Shown here: one piece after another, positions 48,941 through 64,000 of the stretch
How the letters are laid out: each line of letters starts with the position of its first letter
Position numbering within the stretch: the stretch's first letter is position 1
DNA from: the human T2T-CHM13v2.0 reference genome, Homo sapiens
Reading direction: 5' to 3' (one strand)
Assembly: GCF_009914755.1 (NCBI RefSeq)
Contig: NC_060941.1
DNA: 64,000 nucleotides
Program-made: the position numbers and the translations under genes
Notes under the pieces: model-generated
Told to the model about the DNA's origin: nothing
Seen by the model: the letters and a program-made list of their open reading frames with translations, nothing else
Databases searched by the model: none

Positions 48941-49924
48941 CTCTAGCTGCAGAGTTACTTAACTCTTGGCTCTTTCACAGTATAAAGGGATTTGGAGAAT
49001 TAATCTGATATTCCCAGGTTGAATTTTTTTTATTTGTTCATAAAATTTAAGCAAAAAGTATTTTTTAAAATCTTCCAGCAATTCAGGGCCTTATGTTCTG
49101 GAGAGCCGAGCATTCTAAAGAACGTAGCATCATTTCCTAGAATTTTGCATCGGTACCCTGAGCTCCTTCATGTTCTTTAACTTTCGTTCCCCAGCACATG
49201 AAACACCATGGCAGCAACCCTTATTGCTTGTGGCTACTTCTACGTCCCTCCTTTTTTTCACAGGACATTCCGTTCTTCTCACCAGCCCTAACCTGTTTGC
49301 CACTTGGCAAGCACGGGGAACAGGACTCTCCACAGTCTTACCCCGGGGACTAGTTTCAGCTTTTCAGAGAGCAAAGCTTCTGGTCCAACAGTATTTGGAA
49401 ATTGAGACAATTGAGGAGAAGTAGTAATATGTTCAACTGCAGAGAATGTAGCCTTTGGCATACAAGGAGGAAGCTGTCTTGGCATCTGTCATTAGAGCCA
49501 CTGGGTATTTTGGAAAAAGTCCATTTCATTCTTCCTCTTTTTGGATCCTGAAACAAGAAGCTATAGTGCCATCAGGAATATAGAGATTGGGAAGCATGGG
49601 AATGATTCAAGTAAACTTCTGAAGAAAGCGTACACCTCCAGGGTAGCTAAACAAGCAGAATGCTTGTTGGGGAAGCAAAATCATCTGAAAACAACCTGAA
49701 TTTGGAGGTAATAGAAAAAAAAAGTTTTTTAAAAAATTTTATTTAAAATGGAAAAATTTAATGGTAGGATGGGAAAGTAGTACTTCTAGCTTGGTTTTGG
49801 ATTCAGACCTGGATGGGAATACTAACTGTTAGAACTTGAGAAAACAATGTTAGCATCTAAACCTTAGTTTAGATGAAATGTGAAATGAGAGAATAATAGT
49901 TCATTTGTGCCCTTTTGAAAGATG

Positions 49925-50905
49925 TTTAAATTGTGGTAAAACACAACAACATAGAATTATCGTCTTAATCATTATAGTATAATTCAGTGGCATTAAGTAC
50001 ATCCACATTGGTATGCATCTGTCCCCAGAACTCTTTTTTCATTTTATAAAACTGAAAATCCACACTCATTAAAGAGTAACTCCCCAGTTTTTTCCCCCTC
50101 CTCCAGCCCCTAGTAGCCATCACTTTACTTTCTGTCTGTATGAATTTGACTACTCCAGGTACCTTGTTTAAGTGGAATCATACAGTATTTGTCATTTTAT
50201 GACTGGCTTATTTTACTTAGCATAGTGTCTCCAAGGTTCATCCATGTTGTAGCATGTGTCAGAATTCCCTTTCTTCTTAAGGCTGAATAATCTTCCATCA
50301 TCTGCATGTTGTCTTTATATACCATATTTTGTGTATCTATTTATCTGTCAGTGGACACTTGGGTTGCTTCCACCTTTTGGCAATTGTGAATAATACTGCT
50401 ATGAACATGGGTGTACAGATATCTCCTTGAGACCCGTGTGTTAGTTTGCTAGGGCTGTCATAACAGAGTCCCTAGACTGAGTGACTTAAATAACAGAAAT
50501 TTATTTTCTCATAATTCTGCAGGCTAGGCATCTGAGATCAAGGTGTTATTAGGATTAATATCTTCTGAGGCCTCTCCCCTTGGCTTATAAATGACTGTCC
50601 CTCTCTATATCTTCACATGATCTTTCCTGTGTGTGTGTCTGTGTGTCCATGTCCAAATTTCCTCTTCATATAAGGACACCATTCATATTAGATGAGAACC
50701 CATCCTAAATACCATATCTTAACTTAGTTACCTCTTTAAAAATGTATTTCCAAATAAAATGCTGTTCTGAAGTACTGGGAGTTAAGATTTCATAAATTTT
50801 GTGGGAATACAATTTGGCCCATGATACCCCACTTTCAATTCTTTTGGATATATCCCTAGAAGTGGAGTTGCTAGATTATATGGTAATCCTATTTTTAATT
50901 TTTTT
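49925..50905 (-). mobile_element. L1MB-type 3' end, split by MLT1B and itself inside a MIR
   Basis: aattgtggtaaaacacaac...tgaatttgactactccaggtacc...gctatgaacatgggtgtacag; flanking atagttcattt duplication. Confidence 0.88.
50437..50826 (-). mobile_element. MLT1B-like MaLR LTR
   Basis: tgtgttagtttgctagggctg terminus; ataaggacaccattcatattag. Confidence 0.85.
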
Positions 50906-51239
50906 AAAGGACATAGTTCATTTTTATAGGGTGGCTGTGAGATTTAAATGCCCGTAAAATTTCTAGTGTAGGGTTGGCCCCAGAAAAAGTTGACTTCAAT
51001 TAGCTGTATAAACTGTAAAGTTAACTATTCTGATCCCTGGATTTTTAGGCAAAGAAATTGAGTCCACAAAAGTTAGGCAACTTATGTCTTCAAGTTTCTG
51101 GTTAGCATCAGATTCAGAAAAATAACCTAGGTTTTGGCAATGTCAGGACTGTTGATACCACCATGCACCATTTCTTTTCAGTCCTTCATAGACTGTTCAG
51201 TTATTTGCTATTAACTATTTTCTGGCTTTTATGGTATGT

Positions 51240-51845
51240 GATTTATTATTTTTTTAAACTTAGTTTTCTGAATAGGTACTATATTCACTTGGTTCAAAAA
51301 TTGCAAAAGTTTATAAAGGTTTACAGTAGAATGTCTTTCTCTTATGTTTATCCACCAGCAACAGTGTGCCTTCCCCATAACCAACTGATATTACCAGTTT
51401 CTAATGTAGTCTTCCAAAGATATTTTATGCATGTATAAGCAACTCCATTTGTGTATTTTTTTTTTTGCCATTTTCTTATACAAATGGTAATTTGTAGTCT
51501 TCTGCATCTTATTTCACTTAATGTATTTTGGAGATCGTACCACATCAATACATAAAAAAAACTTCTACATTCTTGTTTTGGCTCCATAGCATTCCATTGT
51601 TGAATGCCCTGTTCCTCATTTAGCCATCTCCTGTTATTAAGACAGTTGTTATTACAGACAATACTGTGTTTAAAAAACTTGTACATACATCATTTTGCAT
51701 GAGTGGGAGATGTTATATCTTTATATCTTTAGTATATATTCCTAGTGGTAGAATTGCTGGGACAAAAGGACTATGCATTCATAAGACAGATTTTTGCCAA
51801 GCGTTCCTTCAAAGGACTTTACCAATTTATATTTTCACTATCATC
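51240..51845 (-). mobile_element. L1ME-type 3' fragment
   Basis: tatattcctagtggtagaattgctgggacaaaagg and related antisense L1 blocks. Confidence 0.65.
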
Positions 51846-51974
51846 TTATGGAACTTTTAATGACGAGGAGATGGCAGTAGTTTCCAAATATATTAGACCA
51901 GGCCCTAATTTATTAATCTAGTGATGACTGTCTTCATGAGGGCTTGGCAGGAGTCAAAGCAAAAATCAGAGGAC

Positions 51975-54065
51975 ATCTCCCATAGATCAGGAACAACATA
52001 AGGATGTCTTTTCTTGCAATCTGTGTTAAACATTGTACTGCTAGACAAGAAAATGAAATCAAAAGGATCCACACTGGAAAAGAAGAAGTAAGATGATCTC
52101 TGTTTGTAGATAACACAAACAGATCTCTGTTTGTAGATAGAAAATTCTAAGGAACCCACTAAGAAAACTATTAGCACTTACAAGCAAGTTCAGCAAGGGT
52201 GCAGGATACAAGATTAACATACAAAAATCAATTGTATTTTTATACACTAGCTATGATCAATTTGTAAATAAAATATGGTGAAATAATTTCCTTTATAATA
52301 TCCTCAAAAAGAATAAAATACCTTGGAATAAATTTAACGAAAGAAATGCAAATCTTATACTCTGAAAGCTACACTGTTGAAAGATTATTAAAGAAGATCT
52401 AAATAAATGCAAAGGCGTACCATGTTCATGAGTCAAAAGACTTAATATTGTTAAGATGGCAGTAGTTTCCAAATTGATCTGAAGATTAAATGCAATTCTC
52501 ATGAGAATTTCAGCTGACTTCTTTGCAGAAATTGATAGGCTAATCCTGAAATTCATAAGATAATTTAAAGGCCTCAGAATAGCCAAAACAACCTTGGAAA
52601 AGAATGAACTCGGAGGAATCACACTTCCTGATTTCAAAACTTACTGAAAGCTACAGTAATCAAGACAGCGTGATGCTGGATTAAGGATAGACACAGACAA
52701 ATGGAATAGAATCGAAAGTCCATAAATAAATCCTTGCATTTACAATCAGTTGATTTTTGACAAGAGTGCCAAGACAATTCAGGGGGAAAGGAGTAGTCTT
52801 TTCAACAAATGTTGCTTGGACTGCTGGATATACATATGTAAAAGAATGAATTTTGACCCTTACCTCCCACCATATACAAAAACTACAATTAACCAAATAC
52901 TTAAATATAAGAGCTAAACATGTAATACTCTTAGAAGAAAACATAGGTGTAAGTTGTCATAACCTTGGATTTGTCAACGATTTCTTAGATATAATAGCAA
53001 AACCGTAAGCACCTATGAAAAGATAGGTAAGTTAGATTTCATCAAAGTTAAAAATTTTTCTGTGGCAAAGACACAATCAGGAAAGTGAAAAGGCAATTGA
53101 CAGAATGGGAGAAAATATTTATAAATTATGTATCTGATAAAGGACCTGTATGTAGACCATGTAAAGAACCTTTCATTTAATACTGAAAAGATAACTAAAA
53201 AAATGAGTGAAGGATTTGAACAGACATTTTACCAAAGAAGATCTATAAATGGCCAATAAATACGTAAAATTATGTTCAGCATCACTGATTATCAGGGAAA
53301 TGCAAATCAAAACCCCAGTGAGATCTACTTCACATCTAGGATGACAATTGTAACAAAAACAGAAAATAACAAGTGTAGGTGAGGATGTGGAGAAATTGGA
53401 ACCCTTTACATTGCTGATGGGAACGTAACATGGTGTAGCTGCTTTGAGAAACAGGTTGGCAGGTTCAGGAAAGGTTAAATATAGAGTTACTGTTGGACCT
53501 AGCAATTTCACTCATAGGTATATACTCAAGAGAATTAAAAACGTATGCTCACTCAAAAAACTTGTACATGAATGTACTTAGCAGCATTATTTATAATAGC
53601 CAAAAAGTGGAAACAATACATATCTGATGAATGAATAAATAAAAGGTGGCACAGGTATTCTATACAATGGAATATTTTCAGCAATAGGAAGGAAGAATTA
53701 CTGATACAAGCTACAACACAGATGAACTTTGAAAATATTTTGCAAAGTGAAAGGAGCCAGTCACAAAAGTGCACATATTGTATAATTTCATTATATGAAA
53801 TATCTAGAATAGGCAAATCTGTAGAGACAGAAAGTAGGCTAGTAGTTGCCAGGGGCTAGAGGGAAGGGTAGTGTTGAAGGAAAAGAGGGAGTGACTGATA
53901 ATGGGTATGGTGTTTTTTATGTGGGTGATAAAAATGTTCTAAAATGGATTGTGATGATGGTTGCACAGCTCTGAATATTCTAAAAGCCATTGAATTGTAC
54001 AATTAAAATAGGTGAAATACATGTTAAATAAGTGAATAGGTAAATTATATCTCAATAAAGGTATT
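51975..54065 (+). mobile_element. L1MB-type element, 3' ~2.1 kb (RT region to 3'UTR, with deletions)
   Basis: agatcaggaacaa...ctctgtttgtagat (decayed LFADD region)...caagttcagcaagggtgcaggatacaagattaac...tatatctcaataaag end. Confidence 0.92.
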
Positions 54066-56214
54066 TTAATAAGAGTCAGAGTGCAAAGGTAATGTCATGG
54101 ACCAACTCTAAAATTAACAATTCAAACTCTTCAGTAGCAAACATTCTAAAATCTCTAGAAAAGTATCCCATACTCACATCTCATACTCACATGTGTCCAC
54201 TGAGACTCGTGGGTAGTTCTTGAGATGGGAACCACTTCTGAGTCATTTTTTTTTTCAGGTTTTAGGATGAGCAACTTTGGAACGGAGGAGGCCTTTAGAA
54301 GAAAGAAGGAAGTTTTAGATCATGCCTGCAATTCAGCCTTGCAGAGTTGTTTGCCTGTTTGAATTTTCTCTTATCTCTATGGAACATTGACTACTTCCTC
54401 AGAAGCTTATACACTGTTAGAGTACTGGGTAAAATTTCATTTGAAACTACGGGAACTCCTTTGCTGACCTATTGTGGCTGTTCCTAATGTTTCTTGGCTT
54501 CATGCTGCTTAGGACCCCATGGGAAATCTTGGCAGAACACCCTGTTATACATCTATACTGAGTGCCTCTCACAGCTTCCCTTCACATCAGATTTTTCTGT
54601 TTGTCACCCGCTTTTGCCCCTTTTCCTTCTTGTCTTAAAGAGAGACATCCTTCACTCCTGTCTCTGAGGCTACCTGTCTCCTGTGTTCTTGATCCCACGT
54701 TGTCCCTTGGGACACTGCTTCATCATTTCTGTGTACCTCTCTGGCCTCTTTTGACCCTTTCCCTCATGGGCTTTTTTTCTTGGCTTGACAGTTGCTCAAA
54801 TTTCCCATCATTTTTTAAGAAAGTAGTAACAAATGTACAAAAAGTCCCAAGCATCAAAACTTTCCTTAGATGTTTATGTCTTTCTCAATAGACTACAATC
54901 TTTTTATTTTCTCACAGTCAACTTTTTTTTGAAAAGTCTGTGTATTTTCCTATTTCCATTTATGTAAACTTTGAATGAAGAGACCAGAGTTACAAAGCAA
55001 AGAGCCTTGTGCTAAAATTAAGTCTAGAACATATCATACTTGGAAGCATTCTGCATGTGAAGGAGAAGTGGGGTGGCCACAAGGAGGAGAAGGCATTTTC
55101 TAAATTGTTTTTCCACGTTGTGGTACTTGAAGCCCAACGACTGTAATTAGACTCGTATTCTGGCTACAGGGCTGGATGCAGTGAGAGTGTTATTTGGTGT
55201 CCCACTTTGTTTGTTTATATTTTAGGCATTGGAGAATGGACCAGTTTCTTGGGGGAGAAAGTACCATTCTTGAGATTAAGAGATGGAAGTTCTCCCTGTA
55301 CAGAAAATGCCCTGAGAGAGTCATCAAGATGTATTTGGTTAAGTGTGTTCATTTCACTTTGAATGTTAAGGTTTCTGGCATGAAGCCAGATTTCAGAATC
55401 TCAGTGATCTTGAGTGTTTAGTCTAGTCTGAGACTGATGAGTGTTCTACCAGGAAGTGAGAAGCATCAGGTTGAGAATATCATTGGGATAAGGTGAGCAG
55501 GGAATCCATTAAGGGACTAAGAGCCCTTTACTTTGATATTGAGAGGGGACACTGCCACACATGATACAAACAGCACTGATCTTGCTCAGCATCTGCAAAT
55601 AAGGATCGCAGACACAACTTTTCAAATAGTCACTTCAGCCTTACCCTTCTGCTAAAGTAATTTATGTCAAGTAGGGAATAGGCTTTTCAATGTCATCCAA
55701 ACCCCCTGCTTAGGGAAGGGGCATTCGTTTGTAAACACACTACAGAGCTATTGAAGAATACAAAACTTGGTGACCTTATCTGTAAAGCTGGTGTGGTACC
55801 CTTCTCAAACACCAGAGCACCGTTTAGTGAGAAAATCAGCTAGTCGATTGCCCAAACGTTTTCCATTTTAGCATCAGAGGAACCAAAGTCCAGGAAGGTG
55901 AAAATATGTTGGGCAAAGGTCGTGGCAATTTAGTTTTTTGATTGAGTCTAGATCTCCCTGGATAGACCTGGGTCGTGTCAAAACAGTTTCTGGTAAACAG
56001 TTTTATAACCTGCCTCTGTGATCCAGAAGAGCCTGGACATGTGAGTAGAAAGCCTGTACAGTGGATTTAATCCTGGACTTTTTCCTTTGGATACCAGAAT
56101 TTATATATAGCCCTGACATAGTTCAGCAATAATCCTTACACGAGCTAGTGGAAACAGACTTGTGATGAAGAGTAATTTCAGCTGAAGGACTAAATACAAT
56201 TATATGGGAAAGCC

Positions 56215-56390
56215 GACTGCTTACATCTGTACAAGCTCTGTGTATGTGGACAAGGTCCTCGAAACAGAGGAAGTAATACCCCATGCAGCTGTAGTGATCA
56301 TTAAATTAAGCAATTCGTGTGAAATGCTGAGAACTGTGCCTTGCATGTAACACATACGCAATAAATTCTAGGTGCTATTATTATTCTCAT
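56215..56390 (+). mobile_element. MIR 3' part
   Basis: gtgtgaaatgctgagaactgtgccttgcatgtaac...caataaattctaggtgctattatt. Confidence 0.6.
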
Positions 56391-56913
56391 GAGCAACCAC
56401 TTGTTAATAAGAAGGTACCTGCCAGAAACGGCAGTGTAGCTGATGGGTAACTTACAGCGTTCATTTATCCCAGACATATTTATTGAGCATCACAGCCTAT
56501 ATTGATTTGCTCCTTTAATGCCACCAAGGTAGATATTGGTTTTCCCATTTTAAGGGTGAGGCTTACATTAATAACATCCCAAGTTTTCACTGCTAATGAC
56601 GGGCTTGGTCCTTTCCCACTAGGTCTCTTTTTCACAGGGTCTTGTTGTGTTGTTTTCCAATTTACTACATATAACTTTGTTGGAGACTTTAAAATCATCT
56701 GACTTTGTATAGATATGAGTGGGTACTTCCTTCAGTCTTTAATTCTGCTTCCCAATAATGAAGACTTGTGAGAATTTCCATCAATAATATTTACTTAAAA
56801 TCAATCCAATAAAAACCTACAACTTAAAGAAAATCTTATGAAATTACTGTATGCAGGAAATATTACAAATTACCTCCTCATATTTTTGATTAGCCATTAA
56901 AATCAGTTTGGGA

Positions 56914-58195
<1,282 letters not shown>

Positions 58196-60017
58196 AATAA
58201 AATAAGTTTGGGAACATTGCATAGGTTACAGTGTATATGAGACTACATGGAACATATTTACTCTAATACGTTTCACCCACATTTCTGTGATCACATAGGT
58301 GGAACATTGTTCTGGTACAATAGAGAATTTATATACTTTTTCTTGTGCTCAGTCTTCGCAATTAACTGATTTAGATATTTCAAGGTGACTGCCTGGAACA
58401 ATTTCCAGACTTATTACCTAAGACTACAGAACTCCACTTCTTTTGACACCCTGAGTTATGGCATTGCCTGAAGCAATAGTTGTTAATTACGGTAATGATT
58501 ATTTCTTCAGGAGTTAAAAAGTTAGAGTTTAAATCTTTCTATAGGACTGTGGAATTTTCACTTTAAGGGTTACGTGAGGATCTGAACTAGTTAATATTGA
58601 AATGAGTACACTTGCATGAACCAAACTACAGTACTTTGAAAATAAGTTGTTAGTTTTTGTAGATTAGCGTTCTCTTTTTAGAAAATCTCAGATTTAAATT
58701 TTTTGATTTTCTTGAAGCAATTTCTTTGTCTTTGCTTTTTAATTGGGCATCACGAACCCTTAGCCAGAAGTGTCACCAGTGGGAAATGCGCTAAGCCAGG
58801 AAAGTATGTAGCCGAACAAAAGGCAAAGGCTACTGTGTTCTTTTGCTAGGCTATGGTTTGCAAAACATGACTCTCACAAACGTCCAGCTTCTCTGGAAAG
58901 AAAGGTAACTAGACATTGCAGAAACAGCCATGGGGCAAAGGATTAAACTGAGGTTTTCCAGGTTGCAGGATTTGAGTTACAGGGTAAAGAATCTTGCCAT
59001 ATATTTTCTATTATTTTGGCCGCGGTTTCTTTACCCTCTTGTTTCTTGTTGGTAGGGAACATGAAGAGTTTCAGAATTCATGAGGAATTTCAGGCCTGGG
59101 GAAAGAGCTGCATTTCTTCCTTATGCTTTTTCCTCCAAGATGGCGTTGAGTTAGAAAGACCTGGAAGGGGGTCAGCCTCTCCTCCTTCCTTGCTCCACTG
59201 AAGAGCAGGAGGGGACTCCTCTGCTAATATCCATTCTTTATAGTTTGCAGTTAATTTCTCAACTTTGGTTGTTTTGCCTTCTTATATTGTCAAATGGAGA
59301 CTCTGTAGATGTTTCTTGAGTCCAGGGATTAGCCAGTTCTTTGTTTCTGTCGCCACTAGCAATGCAGGATCACAAGATGCTTCTGAAGGCCAAATGCTAC
59401 AGGAGTTAAGAAGGCAAGAGAGTGAAAGTGGGGTAGGGAAAGGAAGAGAAGAGCATGGGAAAAGCAAGAAATACATTTGTTAGAGAGTGTGGCAGTGTGG
59501 GTGTGGCAGGAAGGATGCTGCATTATTTCAATAAATGTTGGAAGAAAATTTGACAAAATTCATTGTCCATTTCTGATAACAGCATATTATTTAATAATTT
59601 TCTGTAGCTGCTGTAACAAATTACCACAAACTTGGTGGTTTAAAACCCCTGAATTTTTTTTTTTTAAGTTTTGTTTTACGTTCAGGGGTACATGTGCAGG
59701 TTTGTTATATAGGTAGACTTGTGTCATGGGGATTTGTTGTACAGATTATTTCATTACCCAAGTATTAAGCCTAGTACCCATTAGTTATTTTTCCTGATCC
59801 TCTCCCTCCCCCTCCTTCCACCCTCTGATAGGCCCCAGTGTGTGTTGTTCCCTCATGTGTCCGTGTGTTCTCATCATTTAGTTCTCATTTATATAAGTGA
59901 GAACATGAGATAATCTGGTTTTCTCTTTCTGTATTAGTTTGCTAAAGATAATATCCTCCAGCTCCACCCATATTCCTGCAAAGGATGTGATCTCGTTCTT
60001 TTTTTATGGCTGCATAG

Positions 60018-60386
<369 letters not shown>

Positions 60387-60720
60387 CACATTTTCTTATC
60401 CAGTCTATCATTGATGGGCATTTGGATTGATTCCACGTCTCTGCTATTGTGAATAGTGCTGCAGTGAACATATATGTGTATGTGTCTTTATGGTAGAATG
60501 ATTTCTATTCCTCTGGATATAGACCCAGTAATGGCATTGCTGGGTCAAATGGTAGTTCTGTTTTTAGCTCTTTGAGGAATAGCCACACTGCTTTCCACAA
60601 TAGTTGAACTGAGTTACACTCCCACCAACAATGTATAAGCATTCCTTTTTCTCTGCAACCTCGCTGGCATCTGTTATTATTATTATTATTATTATTATTC
60701 ACTTTTGAATAATAGACTTT

Positions 60721-60843
60721 CAGACTGGTCTGAGATGTTATTTCACCGTGGTTTTGATTTGATTCAGACTGGTCTGAGATGTTATTTCACCGTGGTTTTG
60801 ATTTGATTCGGACTGGTCTGAGATGTTATTTCACTGTGGTTTT
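60721..60843. repeat. 44-bp tandem triplication within L1
   Basis: Unit cagactggtctgagatgttatttcaccgtggttttgatttgatt at 60721 and 60765 (identical), partial third copy at 60809. Confidence 0.95.
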
Positions 60844-62309
60844 AATGATCAGTGATGAGCTTTTTTTCACATGCTTGTTAGCCACATGTATATCTTCTTT
60901 TGAAAAGTGTCTGTTTGTGTCCTTTGCCCACTTTTTAATGGGGCTGTTTGCTTTTTTCTTGTAAATGTGTTTAAGTTCCTTATAGATGCTGGATATGAGA
61001 CCTCTGTCAGATGCATAGTTTGCAAAAATTTTTTCCCGTTCTGTAGGTTGTCTGTTTATTCATAATTTCTTTAGCTGTGCAGATGCTCTTTAGTTTAATT
61101 AGATCCTGTTTGTCAATTTTTGCTTTTATTGCAGTTGCTTTTGGCATCTTCATTATGAAATCTTTGCCCATTCCTATGGCTGAGTGGTAGTGCCTAGGTT
61201 GTCTTCCAGGGTTTTTATAGTTTTGGGTTTTACATTTAAATCTTTAATCCCTCTGGAGTTGGTTTTCGTATATGGTATAAGGAAGGGATCCAGTTTCAAC
61301 CTTCTGCATATAGCTAGCTAGTTATTCCGGCACCTTTTATTGGATAGGGAGTCCTTTCCCCAGTGTTTGTTTTTGTCCACTTTGTCGAAGATCAGATGGT
61401 TGTAGGTGTGCAGCCTTATTTCTGGGCTCTGTATTCTGTCCCGTTAAAACACCAGAAATTTTTTCTCTGACATCTGGAGGCCAGAAGTCTACAGTGAAGG
61501 TATTGGCATGTCAGGCTCCCTCCAGAGGCTCTGGGAGAGGATCCATGCCTGTGGTGGCTGCTGGCCTTTGGCATTCCTTACATTGCAGCTGCATCACCAA
61601 AGTCTCTGACTCAGCCTTCGCCTCTCCTTCTCCTCTCTGGGTGTGTCTACTCTCCCTCTGCCCCTCTGTGTAAGGACACTTCTGATTGCATTTAAGTCCC
61701 ACCTGGATAATTTAGGCTCATCTTCTCATCTCAAAAGCCTTAATTTAATCACATCTGCAAAAAATTATCATGATAACATTCATAGGTTGCATGGATTAGG
61801 ATATGGGCATGAACTTGGGAACCATCCTCAGCCTAGCCCACTCAGTAAAATGAAAAGAGTGATATACCTCCTCAACATGAGAAAAATCATTCAGTTGGTC
61901 TATTCAGCTGAATCCAAAGCCAGCATCATTTTTTTTTAATTGTGAAAAGCAAGAAAGAATTCTCTTAAAGTGAGGATCAAATGAAGATGTCTACATGAAT
62001 ATTTCATATATGTTTTGGACATGTCAGCCAATGAACTTATACAAAAGAATAAGAGGCTTAAATATTAAAAAGTTGTGTACAATTCATTTGGAAACAAGTA
62101 GACAGATTAATAGGTGATATTGGAAGAACTATCTAGCCATTGGGGAAGCGGAAAGAATGTTTTTACCTTATGAAAATGCAGAGAACATAAAAGAATGTAA
62201 AAATTTAAAATTTTATATAACCAAAAAGGAAAAAAAACAGTGTATGTGTTTGTGTGTGTGTGTGTGTGTGTTGCAACACTAACTACAAAAGGGGCAATGC
62301 CTTCTTTTA

Positions 62310-62754
<445 letters not shown>

Positions 62755-63158
62755 TTAAAATGTGATTCAAAACAATGAGACACCCCTTGTACCCTTGTAC
62801 CCATCAAATTGACAGAGATGAAAATGTTAATTTGCTGAGGGATTATTTATATTTATTCATTTTTCCTTTTTTCATTAAGAGTTTAAGTTAGCTTGCTAGG
62901 TTGCATAAAATTAAGCAATTTAGCATAAATTAAAAGTAAGTGAGGCCACCTGCAAAGTAGTCTTGCCAAACAATCTGATCAAGTTGAATCTGATCAATTT
63001 CTAACCAACAGAGGGATGTGTGAGTCAATAACAAGGGATAAGAGCAGCAGAATCCAGTGGAAAAAACTACAGGACACATGGCCTGCATTTCTTCAACAAA
63101 ATAATTGCATGAAGTTGCAGGAGGAGAGGAAAGGGAGAGGCAAAAAGAAATGGAGGGA

Positions 63159-63468
63159 GGTCAGGTGCAGTGGCTCACGCCTGTAATCCCAGCATGTTGG
63201 GAGGCCAAGGCGGGCAGATCACCTGAGGCCGAGAGTTTGTGACCAGCCTGGCCAACACGGTAAAACCTCATCTCTACTAAAAATACAAAAATTAGCTGGG
63301 CATGGTGGCACATGCCTGTAATCTCAGCTACTTGGGAGGCTGGGGCATGAAAATCGCTTGTACCCAGGAGGCAGAGGTTGCTGTGAGCCAAGGTCGTGCC
63401 ACTGCACTCCAGCCTGGGTGACAAAGTGAGACTCTGTCTTTAAAAAAAAAAAGAAAGGAAAAAACAAA
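63159..63468 (+). mobile_element. Alu (AluS/Jb)
   Basis: Sense dimer with A tail. Confidence 0.95.
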
Positions 63469-63647
63469 ATGAATGGAGAGCCCCTGGATTAAAAGGGAAA
63501 TAAGACCCTGTACTGATAGCATTCTAGGGGAGGAGTTGCAGATGAAGAACGTTCCTTTGTTTCTTTATTACCCCCTTAGTCTTCAAGCAGCTGGTTGAAT
63601 TAAAGTTACTATCTTGGAGTTTCCTTTGGTTAAAAGGGAGGTGATCA

Positions 63648-64000
<353 letters not shown>

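Noticed and set aside
60721-60843. CRISPR-like appearance of repeated 44-mers
   Set aside because: The units are contiguous with no unique spacers, lie inside L1, and the DNA is eukaryotic.

Overview
Primate (most likely human) genomic DNA with no protein-coding exon, RNA gene, CpG island or processed pseudogene that I can recognise. Much of the window is interspersed repeat: about 36 Alu copies or fragments (AluJ, AluS and two young AluY-type copies), L1 fragments, MIR, L2, MaLR/ERVL LTRs, an ERVL integrase remnant, and DNA transposons (Tigger2, MER6A, MER46/Tigger4, MER5, MER20, MER58, MER63). Repeat subfamily names come from my recall of consensus sequences and need RepeatMasker/Dfam confirmation; boundaries of old repeats are approximate. 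The ORF track is explained by repeats, low-complexity DNA and chance. Nearly all LTRs and two thirds of the Alus are on the minus strand, and the best splice acceptors I noticed are on the plus strand, consistent with a long intron of an unidentified plus-strand gene. The most notable unexplained structures are: (1) a ~103-bp, ~94% identical inverted duplication of sequence I do not recognise as a repeat (11529-11631 / 13097-13200); (2) a complex template-switch scar at 32.2-32.9 kb, where 71 bp of a neighbouring tailless Alu is copied in inverted orientation into a duplicated TA-rich tract; (3) a MIR-derived TACTAAC + pyrimidine tract + CAG|GTGAG motif at 15.5 kb resembling a recursive splice site; (4) several smaller templated duplications. 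I found no convincing new biological system; these are testable structural and regulatory oddities.
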